A stretch of 64,000 nucleotides of DNA from the NCBI RefSeq assembly GCF_009914755.1, contig NC_060927.1; one strand, written 5' to 3'. Under the pieces are notes generated by a model. The model had not been told where the DNA came from and ran no database searches. It saw only the letters and a program-made list of their open reading frames with translations. Shown here in pieces: positions 32,001 through 47,890 of this stretch. A program made the translations under genes and the position numbers. Source of the DNA: the human T2T-CHM13v2.0 reference genome, Homo sapiens. The first letter of the stretch is position 1, and the number at the start of each line of letters is the position of its first letter.

Positions 32001-34175
32001 TGAATTTTAATGGCTCCTACACATGCATCCTTTATATATACCCTTCATGATTTTTCAAACCATGTCAGATTCTCATTTTTCAATTCTCAAGATACAGCAT
32101 CTTCTTATAGCATCTTCACCACCTTTCCCGTTTACTGTCTTAAATGTGCCCAATCTCGGAAATATCAATAACAAAACAAGCTTGTTGACATTTTGTGAAA
32201 CATTTAAGGAGACTTCCAAGGAATGTAACATATGTAGACTTTGTGACACATATATTGGCATGTGGTCACAGCTCTGTTCTGAGATGAGATGTTACTATTT
32301 TGGCTTTGAGACATGAAGGATATGACATTTAAGTCTAAACATGCACCAGCCAATCGTGAAAAGTCAGCATACTCATAATCCAAAAAGCTTCAATAGAAAT
32401 TTAGATAGTTATAGAAGGTGCATTACTCAGAGTCAAGAAACCTGGGTCATACTGGAGAGAACAGTGACTACCTCTAAAGAAAATTATGTTCATATACAAG
32501 CTACAACAAATATCAAATGTTATATAAAACAAACAATGCAGGGGAATCCACAAGGATGTGGAATGTTTGAGCAAAAAAAAGGAAGAGGCTTATTCAATGG
32601 CTTGTACTAAAAGATAAGCCCCAGATTCTAAAAGAAGGTAGGCAAACTGCTCCCAACTCACCCTGGTCTCAAAAGGTGAAGAAGGTAGAACATCACAGAA
32701 GGAATAATGGAGTACAGTGAAAGGAGGCCAAGGCAGGTTGATAAAAATTAAAAAAGGATTAGCACATGCTTTCTTGTTTTAATTGGGGTAAGAACAGTGG
32801 ACAAAGAGTTGGAGATAGGTTGTTCTGAGGAGACAAAGGGCTATTGTTTCATCTTGGCTGGGATCAGCCATGTTTACCTTCCATCGAAGGTGGACAAATA
32901 AAAACCCTTACAGAGGTATTTTTTATCATATGTTTTGCAGGCATGTTGCTTTTAAACCCAATGACATATGCTACTATTTCACGTAATAAAGTTTCTTTTT
33001 GTTTGTGAGGTTGTATATGAGAGCTTCATTAATCAAGTTGCCACTATAATTAAAAATTATTTCTGATTATAGTTTGCTGACATCTAATAATATAGTTGTT
33101 TCACAACGGCAGAATATATACCTACAGGAAAAGGGTGGCCCAGATGCCTGCAGGGACCAATGGGTAACCATCTCAAGTATGTTTTTCTTCCACTAGCCTA
33201 TTCCCTGCTAGGCTCTCTCTTCTCTAAAGAGATTGCAACATGGTATCACTCTGATATGAAAATCCCTAATTCTTACGAAGCAAAGTATTGACAAAGTCTA
33301 GAGCGCAGTTTAGAGTTTGATTGCTTCTACAGCCCTTTCTAGATTATTCCATGAAGACTCTCAGGATAAGGTCTTGGACACATAGTTAAGACTGAACCCT
33401 CATTTCCACCCTTCCATACAATTCTTCTCCCTAAGCTGACCTCAGTATCTCTGCACTCTCTCAGGCTGACCTGACAAATCAGCACCTGAGTTTTTCAGAC
33501 CAAAAGCTTTTGGTTCCCTACTAAAAAATAAAACAAAACATAAATCAAGTTATGTTTTGAGAAGGGATAGTTGCCTATAATGTAATAAACATGGCCTTCC
33601 TTCCCTCATCATAGTTTATTCAAATTATAAAAAGTGACTATAATTTGTATCCAGGACAATCAAGAATTGATTATATTTCTCTGCATCCATTATTTGTAAA
33701 TGTAAATGACAGAGTGTCTCCTAGATGCTTTGGGTATGGTGGAAGAATTAGTCCTTGATAAAATACAATATACGACCACACAAATTTGAGTACTATTTAA
33801 GCCAATTAATTAACCATGATCACTCAAACTTAGGCAATATGATACTTATCATCTTCATATACAAAGAAAAATGAATAAACTGCCTATAACAATATAGCAT
33901 TAAAAATCCTATTGATGTTCAATATTCTGTGGCTATTAACACTGTGGGGTGTTTTTAAAAGTCAAAAATACTGAACTGTTTAGAAAATTCTGCATAGTAG
34001 TAGTATTACATTGTGAATTTTATTTTCAAATTTGATCAATAAAGATGAAAATAATAAAATTAAGCAGTCAAAAGAAGTAGCAAAAACAAGATAGTCATTC
34101 ATATATACAGAACATATAGATTCATTTCTAGTTGATTCAATCCTATTTATGTATTTAAAATACAAAATAATGGCC

Positions 34176-34213
34176 ATCTGGCTAGTTCCAACGGTAGAGC
34201 ATGAGACTCTTAA
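34176..34213 (+). pseudogene. tRNA-Lys(CTT) 5'-half retro-pseudogene (tailless)
   Basis: ATCTGGCTAGTTCCAACGGTAGAGCATGAGACTCTTAA matches nt 1-38 of recalled tRNA-Lys-CTT at 31/38, with the last 22 nt exact; flanked by direct repeat TTAAAATACAAAATA at 34155-34169 and 34210-34224. Confidence 0.85.
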
Positions 34214-34255
34214 AATACAAAATACATCTTAATGTGTCAAGAAGACCACAGTTAG

Positions 34256-34618
<363 letters not shown>

Positions 34619-34774
34619 TTAGCTTCTGATTATGACCTCAGTATCTTGGAATAGATACTGAGGAATACTATGTATTTATCATCATGAATTAATAAAAAAT
34701 TAATTTTGAAAAGTAATTGCTGTATATCATCAATTCATAAGTGATTCAAATGAATTAAAACCTTAAAACTGGTA

Positions 34775-34972
34775 CTACTTGATGTTGCGAACAACTCTCC
34801 TACAGTGATTTGTCTTCATCTCTTCCAATGCTTGTTCCAGTTGTTGAACCAAATGGAGCAGGGTGGCTGGGTCTGTCTGCAGAACTTTGGTGTTGTGATC
34901 TCCATTTTGATTAAGGTGTAGCTTTATAGTCACTGCTGGTTTAATCTGTTGCCTGAGACTTCTACTTGCAAG
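34775..34972 (-). CDS. COMMD2: COMMD2 coding exon 5 (terminal)
   Basis: Acceptor AATCAAG|CTT; encodes LASRSLRQQIKP...RRVVRNIK then TAG; spliced CDS totals 600 nt = 199 aa + stop. Confidence 0.95.
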   Translation of the reverse strand, partial: LASRSLRQQIKPAVTIKLHLNQNGDHNTKVLQTDPATLLHLVQQLEQALEEMKTNHCRRVVRNIK

Positions 34973-35039
34973 CTTGATTTTAAATGAAATAAGAGCACAG
35001 TAACTATTTAATAACCATGCTGAATACATAATATTTATA

Positions 35040-36700
<1,661 letters not shown>

Positions 36701-39678
36701 ATTTTCAAGTGAGTAACAAATCTAAACCTGAGATTTCAGGATTAATTTAATTCTGTAAAATAGAATATTCTGACTAATAACTTCTTCCAAATAATTATAG
36801 GTAACCTGGGCTTCCAAAAGAACCCAAGATACTGATCCAAGGCTGAAATTTAATGTCCCCAACTAATTTGCAAACAATAAGTCAATCCCTTTGGGTGAGC
36901 TGGTCCCCAAACATAAAATAGGTACTTGCAGGCTAAAGTACCAGTTTAAGATCATCTCTGTAGTACAAATAACTATAGATGACACATATGCAAATTATAT
37001 ATATGATAATTGAAAACAGTACTTATTTATTCAATTATGCTCTGTTTATATTTGTTTTTCCTCTACACTGACAGAGAGAGACTGCACCGACAGACAGGGA
37101 CTGAGTGTATTTGCTGTGTAATTAAGCCATGACTTTTTTGTTGAAAGACTTAAAGCCACTATCCTCCAATTTTTAGACAACGTATCTAAATTAAATACCT
37201 ATACAAATATCTATACTATTCTTTAACAGTTCTAGAAAAGAGATTACATAACATCCCTAACAAACATCTAGTAAGACATTTTTCTCAGAAAGAAGTTGAA
37301 TGACAGTACTACAGGACAAAGAACAGTAGCCCACAAAGTTCTTGATATGGACTTATTTTTTATTGGGGATGAGATTCTGTCCTCCTCCCTGTAAATATAA
37401 CAACAATAAAAGCAACTTTAAAATAAAATGTCTTATGTCAATGCAAATTAGAAAAAAGAAAAAGAAAAAAATGTTTACTCTGAAGGGCCATATCTCAAGG
37501 CACTGAAAAGGGTATTCTGGCAAAAAACATCAAGTAGGAAACAGGATACATAAATTATGTTTCATGTAGCTACAGTTCCTAAAAGAATTCAGTTCTCTAT
37601 TTAGCCTCAGAGCAAACAATATGTGGGCAAGACAGGAAAAGAATGCTTTGAAGTAGTTGTAAATGGACCAGTCCTAAAAGGAACATCCTCCTGCATCAGT
37701 CTGATGGTGGTACATTCAGTTACTAATGCTATTAACAAGGACATCAATTGTGTTGGCAATTTATTAAGTCTGGGGAAATGTTCCTATTAGACACTAAGCT
37801 ATGATGATTAATTTGATTCCCATAAACAACTGCATAATAATTAGGTGGTAATTGTCCATCACTACCAGTCTCCATGAGACAAGTCAGTTACTTAAACATG
37901 AAAGGCGCCATATGTAGTTACAAGTTTCCTAGCCATTTAGCTAGTCTTATCTGATATGCATTTCTCTATGAGCAGAAGAATCCACTCCAGTTAAAATCCT
38001 ATGCAATGGTTTCAGCAAATAAGCTGAGGAACTCAATGAGCTCTGAGTAGCTTTTCTAGCCCTTAAATGCACTTCTCCATAAGTGGCAACATTCATTCAG
38101 TATACCCTCAACCTTAAACTGTACTAGTCCTAGCAATAGCGCAGTGATTCAAACTCACTTCAGTGGGTAAATGAGCCCTCGAGTTTAATTTTAGAAAATT
38201 CAACTTCTTAATTTTAACTTTCAAAAATGTCTTCATAATGGACAAACTCAAAGCAAATCAATAAAGCCAAAAAAAGAACTGTTAAAGCCTACTGGACCCC
38301 AAAAGTCAGGGGACATTCGCACACAAGAGAGACGTAAAGATCTACAAGATAAATTACCTCTGAGCCACATACATGACCATCCCCACATCTCCACCGGGTT
38401 ATTATTAAAGGACCTAAGTATAAAGGCTTATCCACAGTCATTTCCCCAATGAACCCTACAAGACTTGCTGCTTATGATGTCCCCCAGACCATGAACTGTG
38501 TTTTGTTCTTTGCCGTATCTACAGCACCTGGCACATGTTAGGGGTACAAGAAATATATGATAAATAATTTAAGAAGTCACTTAACTCCCCCTGCCACCCA
38601 CTCTTTCTGTTCAGCACTGATTCATGCCTATTATATGCCAGGTATTGTGCTGGGCACATGGTAATGAACAAGACACAATACTTGCCCTCCTGGAGCCTAC
38701 AGTCTGGTTTATACCATATCCTGCGTTCATGCCTATTAAAACACTCATCACACTTGATTATAATTGCTGATTTCTAATTAAATTTTATTTTTTGGTCTCC
38801 CTCTTACTGTAAGACTGTGAGAACTTAAAGGCAGCACTGCTATGTCCACAAGGCCTAGCATGCACTAGATATTCAATAAATGGTTTGATAACTGAATAGA
38901 TATAGAAACAAGGATGGATTAATGGGACATAAGAAATTATCTTTTTTATTGTTTATCTGCATGTACCTGAAGATGCTCATGACAATGGAATATTCTCTCT
39001 CTATGCCACCCACTCTATCCCAAATGTAAAATTTGAAGATACAGTAAGACAGGTACATCTTTCTTCTGTCCAAATCCTAAGCCTTTTGTCTTAACTCTTA
39101 CTCTCCTGATGATCCCTTTATTCTTAAATGTTGCTCTTACTTTCAGTGACATTGTGTTGTGTTAGTGGTTGTTTTTCCTGAAACCACTCTTACTCTAATT
39201 ACTGGCTTTTATTTCTATTAGCCATGACCAACCAATGAGATCCAGTTCAGATGTCAGAGAAATCATTCTCATTTGTGATTTGAACTAATCTGGCATCCAA
39301 GTGTTAGGCCCACATCCTCACCTACTGTGGAGATTGCAACTTATATAAGCTGTCATCACCTTAAATTCAATCTATCTTGAACTGATTAATGCCATGAGGG
39401 AGCATGGCTGTAGTGCTGCCTGACTTCTAATTTTTCAAAAATTGCTAAAAATTATAATTTTGGTGTGAAATTTCCTACTTTTTTTTTCAAACCATAGAAG
39501 GGAAGTGGTCAGACTGTGGATACCTTTTTAAGAAACTGACTTGCAGATGGACTAGATGAAGGGCAAGGAGAGGAGTCAAGGAAGAGGCCAAAAATACTTG
39601 GCCTGTGTGATTCAAAGAATGTACGTACTATCTGAGATGGGAGAGGCTATGGTAGGAGTAGTTTCAGTAGAGAGGGGG

Positions 39679-40350
<672 letters not shown>

Positions 40351-40907
40351 GTGGGTAAGAAAGGTGGGATTCAGTTTGGAACATATTGCCTTTGAATGCT
40401 TATCAAATTACCAAAGTGGAGATGTCAAATAGGCTTCCACTGTATGATTCTGAAGTTTAGAGGACAGTTCTAGGCTAAAGATATAAATTTGAGAATCCCA
40501 AGAATATGGGGATTATTTAAGACTTCAAATTGGATGAAACCAGCTTGAGAATGTAAGTGGAGAAGTTATGAAGACTCAGAACTGACCTTTGGGGCATCCC
40601 AATGTTTAAAGGGCAATTAGATAGAATCAGCAAAGGAGACTGAGAAAGAGGAGCCTGTGAAGTTGAATGAGAATCACAGGAAGTTATTTCCCAGAAGGCA
40701 ACTAAAGAAAGTATTCCAAGTAGGAAGGCGTGACTGTGACAAATGCTGTCAATAAACAGAATGGCATAAAAACTAAAAAGCCATGACCTTGAGTAAGTTA
40801 CGAGAGTAGAGTGAAGATTATAAAGCCTGATTAGGAAGAGTTTAAGAGATGACGGGAAGAGAGAATATACAAACAGAGAGACAACTCTTTCAAGAAGTCT
40901 TAGTATA

Positions 40908-41280
<373 letters not shown>

Positions 41281-41853
41281 TCAAGACTGGGTTTCTGACT
41301 GTGCACAGAAGGGAATAATCGATTCAGTAGAGGCAAACAAAGTATGATGCAGGTAAGAGAGGGAATAATTGCTAGAACTATGTCCTCATGGGGGGAAATG
41401 GGGATGGATTGAGGTATACAAGGGAAAAGGCTGCCTGTAGATAAGAGCATGGGTACTTCATCAAGAGGAACAGGAGAGAAGACAAGTGGAGCAAGTGGGT
41501 CCTCATACAGGCTGAAAGATGTGGTTGACAGGTACATGTGGGAGTTCTTTCCGATTGCTTCTCTTTTCTTAGTCAAGCTGGAAGCAAGGTCAACACCTAA
41601 GCATGTGGAGCATAGAGATGTTGAGGCTTTGAAGAAAGAGAATATATAAGACATGCATGGTCCCTGCTATCCCAGTGTTTACAGTTTAGTAAAACAAAAA
41701 ACAAAAAACCAAAAAACCAGCTACATATAAGTGAGATGACTTGCCAAAAGAGGAAGCACAGGTGCCACGAAAAGAAAACACAAATGCCACCAAAATTTAA
41801 CTGTGTCTAGTGGCAGGAGGCATTTCTCCCAAAGGGAGACATCATTTAGAGCA

Positions 41854-42070
41854 CAGATCAGCAAACCCTTTCTATAAAGAACGAGATAATATTTTAGGCT
41901 TTACAGACCATACAGTTTCTGGCACAACTACTCAACTCTGCCCTTGTACTTTGAAAGCAGCCATAAATAATACATAACAAAGGAGCGTGACTGTGTCCCA
42001 ATAAAACTTTATTTACAGAAATAGGTAGCAAGCCAGATTTGGCCCACAGGCCATAGTTTTTTGAGCCCTG
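41854..42070. mobile_element. MER58A-like hAT MITE
   Basis: CAGCAAAC...TTTTAGGCTTT...CAACTACTCAACTCTGCC...CCAATAAAACTTTATTTAC...GGCCATAGTTT...CCCTG. Confidence 0.8.
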
Positions 42071-42159
42071 ATTTAAACGGAGACTTACAAGGATAAGAAA
42101 GAGTCGAGTCAAAAGGTAGCAGCAAAGCAGAAAACGCATTTCACATAGAGGAAAAATAA

Positions 42160-42542
<383 letters not shown>

Positions 42543-42677
42543 TTAATGTTACTCCCCTATCCAAATATCTACAAGGGCTTCCTATTATCTGCTATTTCAG
42601 GTCTAAACCCCTCTAACCAAATTTCTATAACCTATCTGGACATTACCTCCATTTGAATCAGAAGAAGCCACTACAAC

Positions 42678-42861
42678 AGTGGTTTCCAAACTGTATTGCA
42701 CATTAGAATTACCTGGGTGAAAAGAAGCTTTAAAAAATCCTGATGCTCAGGCTGAACTCTATACCAATAAATCAGAATCTCTGGGTATAACACACAAACA
42801 TCAGAATTTCTGTAAAGCTCCCCAGGTTATTCCAACATGAAGTCAAATTTGAGAACAAGTG
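42678..42861. mobile_element. MER5-type hAT-Charlie fossil
   Basis: CAGTGGTTTCCAAACT...AATCAGAATCTCTGGG...TTTGAGAACAAGTG. Confidence 0.7.
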
Positions 42862-43930
42862 CACTATAATACATATTCATATGCTCATTTGCATATCCAT
42901 GTGGGCTTTTACAACATATTCTGCCTTCTCTACTAAGAATATTTACCCTAATTTTCTCTATTCATTCATCCTTCTGAAATTTCATTTCCTTTTGCTGGAA
43001 GCTTTCTTGGATCACGCCAGCACATACACACAACTACACGTGTTGTTGTTGTTGTTGTTGTTTTTGTTTTAAACAGTTGTCATCTTCATTCATATAATTA
43101 TATTCTTTATTCCCCATCAAGAACCTTATTTTATAACTACCTTTAATTACTAGTTATTTTGAGAATGCCTAATATCCCTAACCAAGGTGATACGATCTTT
43201 TCCAGCTGAGAAAGTATCTTACACTTCTTTTGTGTCTCAAAGCATTTAGCACAGCTCTAATCAGCAAATAGATGGCATTCAATACACATCTACTAACTCA
43301 TCTCTCTCTGCTTAATAAAGGATTATAAGCAATGGTCTGAATACACCCTTTCGTTTCTGTGACTTTAAAATCAACTGAAAGATGAATCTCACAAAAAGAA
43401 TATTGTGAGAGAAGCCAGGTACAAAAGAATATTTACTGAGTCATTCCATATATACAAAGTTAAAAGACAGGTAAATGTAATTTGTGTTAAAAGTCAGGAT
43501 GCTGGTTACCTTTAGAAAGGAGTGAAGGGGCAGTAATTAGGAGGCAAGGAGGATGCTTCTGGGGTGTGAGTCACAGTTAAATGCACCATGTGATAATTCA
43601 TTGAGCGGTACATTGACCTGTGCACTTTTCTACATCTGTTAAATTTAAACAGAAAAGTTTTTAAACATCTAGGCACCAACCTAAAAAATCTATATAACCA
43701 TCTCCTTTTCGAAAATAACCAATTTCTTACAAACTTTGCAAATTAAACTGATTTGAACACACTGAAAATAAAAGAAAATGAATGATTTGTGAAATGGCTT
43801 AAAAATGAACATTAAAAAAACAAAGTTTCAAACCGCATCTTAGTTAAGGTGGTAAAGAATACAATAAACAGGACACAAACCTAAAATAATTCTTATATTC
43901 TATGTTAAGTTAATTTTAAAAATGCTATAC

Positions 43931-44104
43931 CTGTACATCTAGTCGCCATTCAAGGTTATGATAACTGGGAAGGCTTGGTGCCAATTCACTCAGAATCGTT
44001 CTGATCTCTTTTCTGTTGTCCAGATAAAGCTGAAGCAACAATTTGTTTAATTCTTCAGAGAATCCCAGAACAAAAACAGAGTCTTGGAAATCCAGTTCAG
44101 AAAT
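43931..44104 (-). CDS. COMMD2: COMMD2 coding exon 4
   Basis: Acceptor CACTTAG|ATT; hand-translated ISELDFQDSVFVLGFSEELNKLLLQLYLDNRKEIRTILSELAPSLPSYHNLEWRLDVQ (start of COMM domain, WRLD motif); donor CAG|GTATAG; 174 nt. Confidence 0.95.
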
Positions 44105-44655
44105 CTAAGTGAATTGAGTTTAAAAGAACATCAAAATTTATCTTTGTCTAGCTAAAATAATTGAAATACACAAAAGAATATGATATCCTCTAATTTATTC
44201 TGTCTAGTAAAAGAAACAGCATTCCTTAACCACTGACCACCATTCCAAAATCTGTGTTACCAATACATAAAAGTACTTTACTAAAGTATAAAATGGAAAA
44301 AATTGTTAAGATGCCCAGTTTCCCTTCCTGTCCTTCATCAAGCCAGATACTGCTGATACGCAAACAAAATACTGATACAGTCTCCCTCCTCTTATGTATC
44401 TTCTTAAGATACATATATGGTTTAACAACATGCAGAATTAGAGGTACTTCTATACTAGCTATTTATACTAGCAAGAGGTATTCATATCAGCAGATGATAT
44501 GATTTTTATTTTTTAGGTATGTCTTCAAAAAATCAATTATAAACCATTAACAACATTATTAAAACACACAGGTACCTGCCAGGACTATGATGTAGAGTAC
44601 ACCAGACCGTTCTTAAGAATCCAGCCAACACAAAACAGTCCAGAAAATCCCTTAC

Positions 44656-44738
44656 CATGAGCTTTGAGCTCTCAGTGAGGAGATACGTTAATCCTTCCAC
44701 ACCATGCTGGACAGTGTCACTACTCACATTGAGTTTTC
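44656..44738 (-). CDS. COMMD2: COMMD2 coding exon 3
   Basis: Acceptor TTTCTCAG|GA; encodes (R)KLNVSSDTVQHGVEGLTYLLTESSKLM; donor ATG|GTAAG; 83 nt. Confidence 0.96.
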
Positions 44739-45462
44739 CTGAGAAAGAAAAGTAAAAACGAGCAAATAAATTACTACTGTAGTATTTATCTTGTTCATAT
44801 TTGTATTTAAAAATAAACACTATTCATTATTACATGTTTTCAAACACTGCATGAAAAACAGTAAGTTGGCCAGAGGCTCCTGCTCCTTGTCATTCCACTC
44901 CCAGCCAAATGCCTTTGGTATTTCCCACCAAGTAACCTTAACAAAATGCAGAACTGTGGAGACTAGTATCAGGTGCGTAGCCCTTCTCTTGAATACGTAG
45001 CTCCTTCAAGTCTGGCAGAAGAGGAACTCGACAGGGATTGACTTAATCCCAGAGACTGCCTCTTACCCAGGGGTAAAACAACACTTTTTTTTTTTTTTTT
45101 AGCAAAAGCGGATATCTGAACAACTAATAATGATAACCAAATACTTGCAATTTACAGTTGACCCAGCTATTCCACAGACTTTGGTATATTTATACAAAAC
45201 ACTTTTCAGTATTTCTGAAAGTAAGGTGGTATTATGTACATTTTACCATGAGAAAACTGATTTAATAGAAGCTTTAACAATCTCACAGCTACTTAAGGGA
45301 CGGGCAGGATTTGCACCCTGACTGAAGAGCTCTGCTGGTTTTATTCTACTACAATCGGAACAAGACCCTAGGACTCGCAATAATCCGTTTCTCTCCCGGG
45401 AGACAGGGAATGGCTCGCAACCGCCCTAGAAGCCTGCGGAGCCTTCCCCTTTCCCTTCTTAC

Positions 45463-45540
45463 TGGCGGCGCCTTCGTAGATTTTTGGGTTTGCGCCGCGT
45501 CTCAGGAATTCCACAGCAATCCGCCCAAACTCGGCGACCA
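45463..45540 (-). CDS. COMMD2: COMMD2 coding exon 2
   Basis: Acceptor TTCATTGCAG|TG; encodes (V)VAEFGRIAVEFLRRGANPKIYEGAA; donor A|GTAAG; 78 nt, phases consistent. Confidence 0.96.
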
Positions 45541-45630
45541 CTGCAATGAAAGTCAGAAGGCTGTTGAGTGCCAGGCGCTGCCTTTGACCTCCTCCCCAGC
45601 CCACAGAACACCGCCCCCACGCCCGCTGAC

Positions 45631-45697
45631 CCGCGCTGTCCACTTGAGGCAGGAAGGCCAGGTGTTCCTTATGCTCCTCGGACAATTCCAGCAGCAT
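45631..45697 (-). CDS. COMMD2: COMM domain-containing protein 2, coding exon 1
   Basis: ATG at 45697-45695 encodes MLLELSEEHKEHLAFLPQVDSA (recognised COMMD2 N-terminus); donor G|GTCAGC after 45631; 67 nt. Confidence 0.96.
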
Positions 45698-46417
45698 CTT
45701 CACTGTCCTACGATTTCACCCGGCAGCGCCGACCCCGCCTTCGCCACTTCCGGCGCCCGTGTCCCGGCGCCTAGAGGCTCCGGCGTCGCAGCGTCCGGAG
45801 CTTTGGGTTCCGGCCTACGAACTAACGCGTTACACTCGGACGTTCCCTGCAGCGCAGGCTGAGGTCAGAACATTGAAATCATCCCGCAAAGATGCAGTGA
45901 GCGCCTGCTGGGTGCAAGGTGCTAGGCTCTATGGGAGATGAAAAGGTGTTTCAAATCCGACACGCCCCCTCGTGGAGCATACATTAATAATATCAATAGT
46001 TCACATTTGTTAAGCACTAACCGTGTCAGGAAGTGTTCTTACATTTATTAAATACATTTGGAGTTCAGAAGAACCCTATGAGGTAGGTTCCATTATAATT
46101 TCCATTAGAGATAAGGAAACTGATAGACAAGTCCAGCAACTGACACTTTTATAAAGCTAATAGTTTCCAGAGCTTCTATGTTATCTTAAATGTATCTCAG
46201 TTAATATCCTCAACAAACATGGCTTTGTTTTTACAGATAAGACACAAAGCTCCAGAGATTATGTGACAAAGCCTGTGACAGAGTTAGATGGAGAGGGTTG
46301 GATCCCTCACTTACCTGCTGCAAAGCCCATCCTTCTACATAACAGCCTGAAAGCTGAAAGCTTCTGACAAGTTTTATGAGTGATTATAAATTAGGATAAA
46401 GATAATGATGACAATGA

Positions 46418-46777
<360 letters not shown>

Positions 46778-47589
46778 TAGTTCCTTTTCCAACTCTCTTC
46801 TCACCTGCTGTGGTTCAAATATCAGAGATGATAAAGTTGCTAATTGATAGGAATATGATTCTTCAAATCTTAACCCCTTGAAAATGGAGGGTGTGGAGGA
46901 AGAGAGGGGAAGGGAAGAAGACTCTTCATATCTGTCTTTTCTATCTAAGGCTTGAGACAACTCTATATTCTGAGTCTCCCAGGCAGACTAAAAATTGGAA
47001 GAGTTTTTCAATTCACTTCTCTGTGTCTACTTTGTCCTTCACATCTGACTGAAATTGTTTCTTCCACTGGGACACAGAAAGACAGGTCCTTGAACTTATT
47101 AGTTAGTTCTTGAAGTAGCATTTGCAGAGAGAACACAACTTTTACTTAGACTGTGAATTGCAGATTAGCAAAAATTGCATCATTTCCTGAAGTTGCCTTT
47201 ATTCACACATTATTGAGAAAACATCCATTATTAAAGAATAATTTTCAGAAAAGGTAAAATCATGATTCTTCTACAAGTGTACAATGAACACATGTCAAAA
47301 AATGTATTGAACTAGTTAATTAATGAGAGAATTACAGCATTCTGTAATTAATGAGAGATTACAGTAAAAACCAGTTTCAACTGATTCAAAAGAGGTATTC
47401 AAGAACTGTACATATATAGGGAGTAGGAATGCTGAAATGAATTTGCAAATAGACACAATATTATGCCAATATGAAATGGCCTTTCTTGTCTGTAATCTCA
47501 GGGAATGAAGTGAGGACAGGCGAGGTGAAGGTGAGACTAGGGAGTAGCACAATAGGCTGTCTAAAAAAGGTGGTCAAGGAACCAAGTTA

Positions 47590-47890
47590 GGCCAGGTATG
47601 GTGGCTGATGCCTGTAAACCCAGCACTTTGGAAGGCCAAGGCGGGAGGATCACTTGAGGCCAGAAATTCAAGTCTAGCCTGACCAACATGGTAAAACCCC
47701 ATCTCTACTAAAAATACAAAAATTAGCAAAGCTTGGTGGCATGTACCTGTGGTCCCAGCTACTTGGTAGCCCAAGGCATGAAAATTGCTTGAACCTGCGA
47801 GGCAGAGGTTGCAGTGAGCAAGATTTGAGTCACTGCACTCCAGCCTGGGTGACAGAGTCAGACACTGTCAAAAAAAAAAAAAAGAAAGAA
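47590..47890 (+). mobile_element. AluS/J
   Basis: Sense dimer, TSD AACCAAGTTA. Confidence 0.88.

Larger units (their letters stand above)
45370..45865 (-). promoter_or_regulatory. COMMD2: CpG-rich TATA-less COMMD2 promoter/5' region with ETS (GABPA/ELK-type) motifs
   Basis: Dense CpGs in otherwise AT-rich DNA; CCGGAAGTG on minus strand at 45745-45753 and CCGGAA at 45808-45813, just upstream of the ATG. Confidence 0.8.

Noticed and set aside
45698-45703. In-frame GTG two codons upstream of the COMMD2 ATG
   Set aside because: ORF-caller alternative start; the ATG has a purine at -3 and matches the known N-terminus.
45410-45862. 150-aa antisense ORF over the COMMD2 promoter and first exons
   Set aside because: Expected in GC-rich DNA antisense to coding exons; low-complexity product with no recognisable homology.
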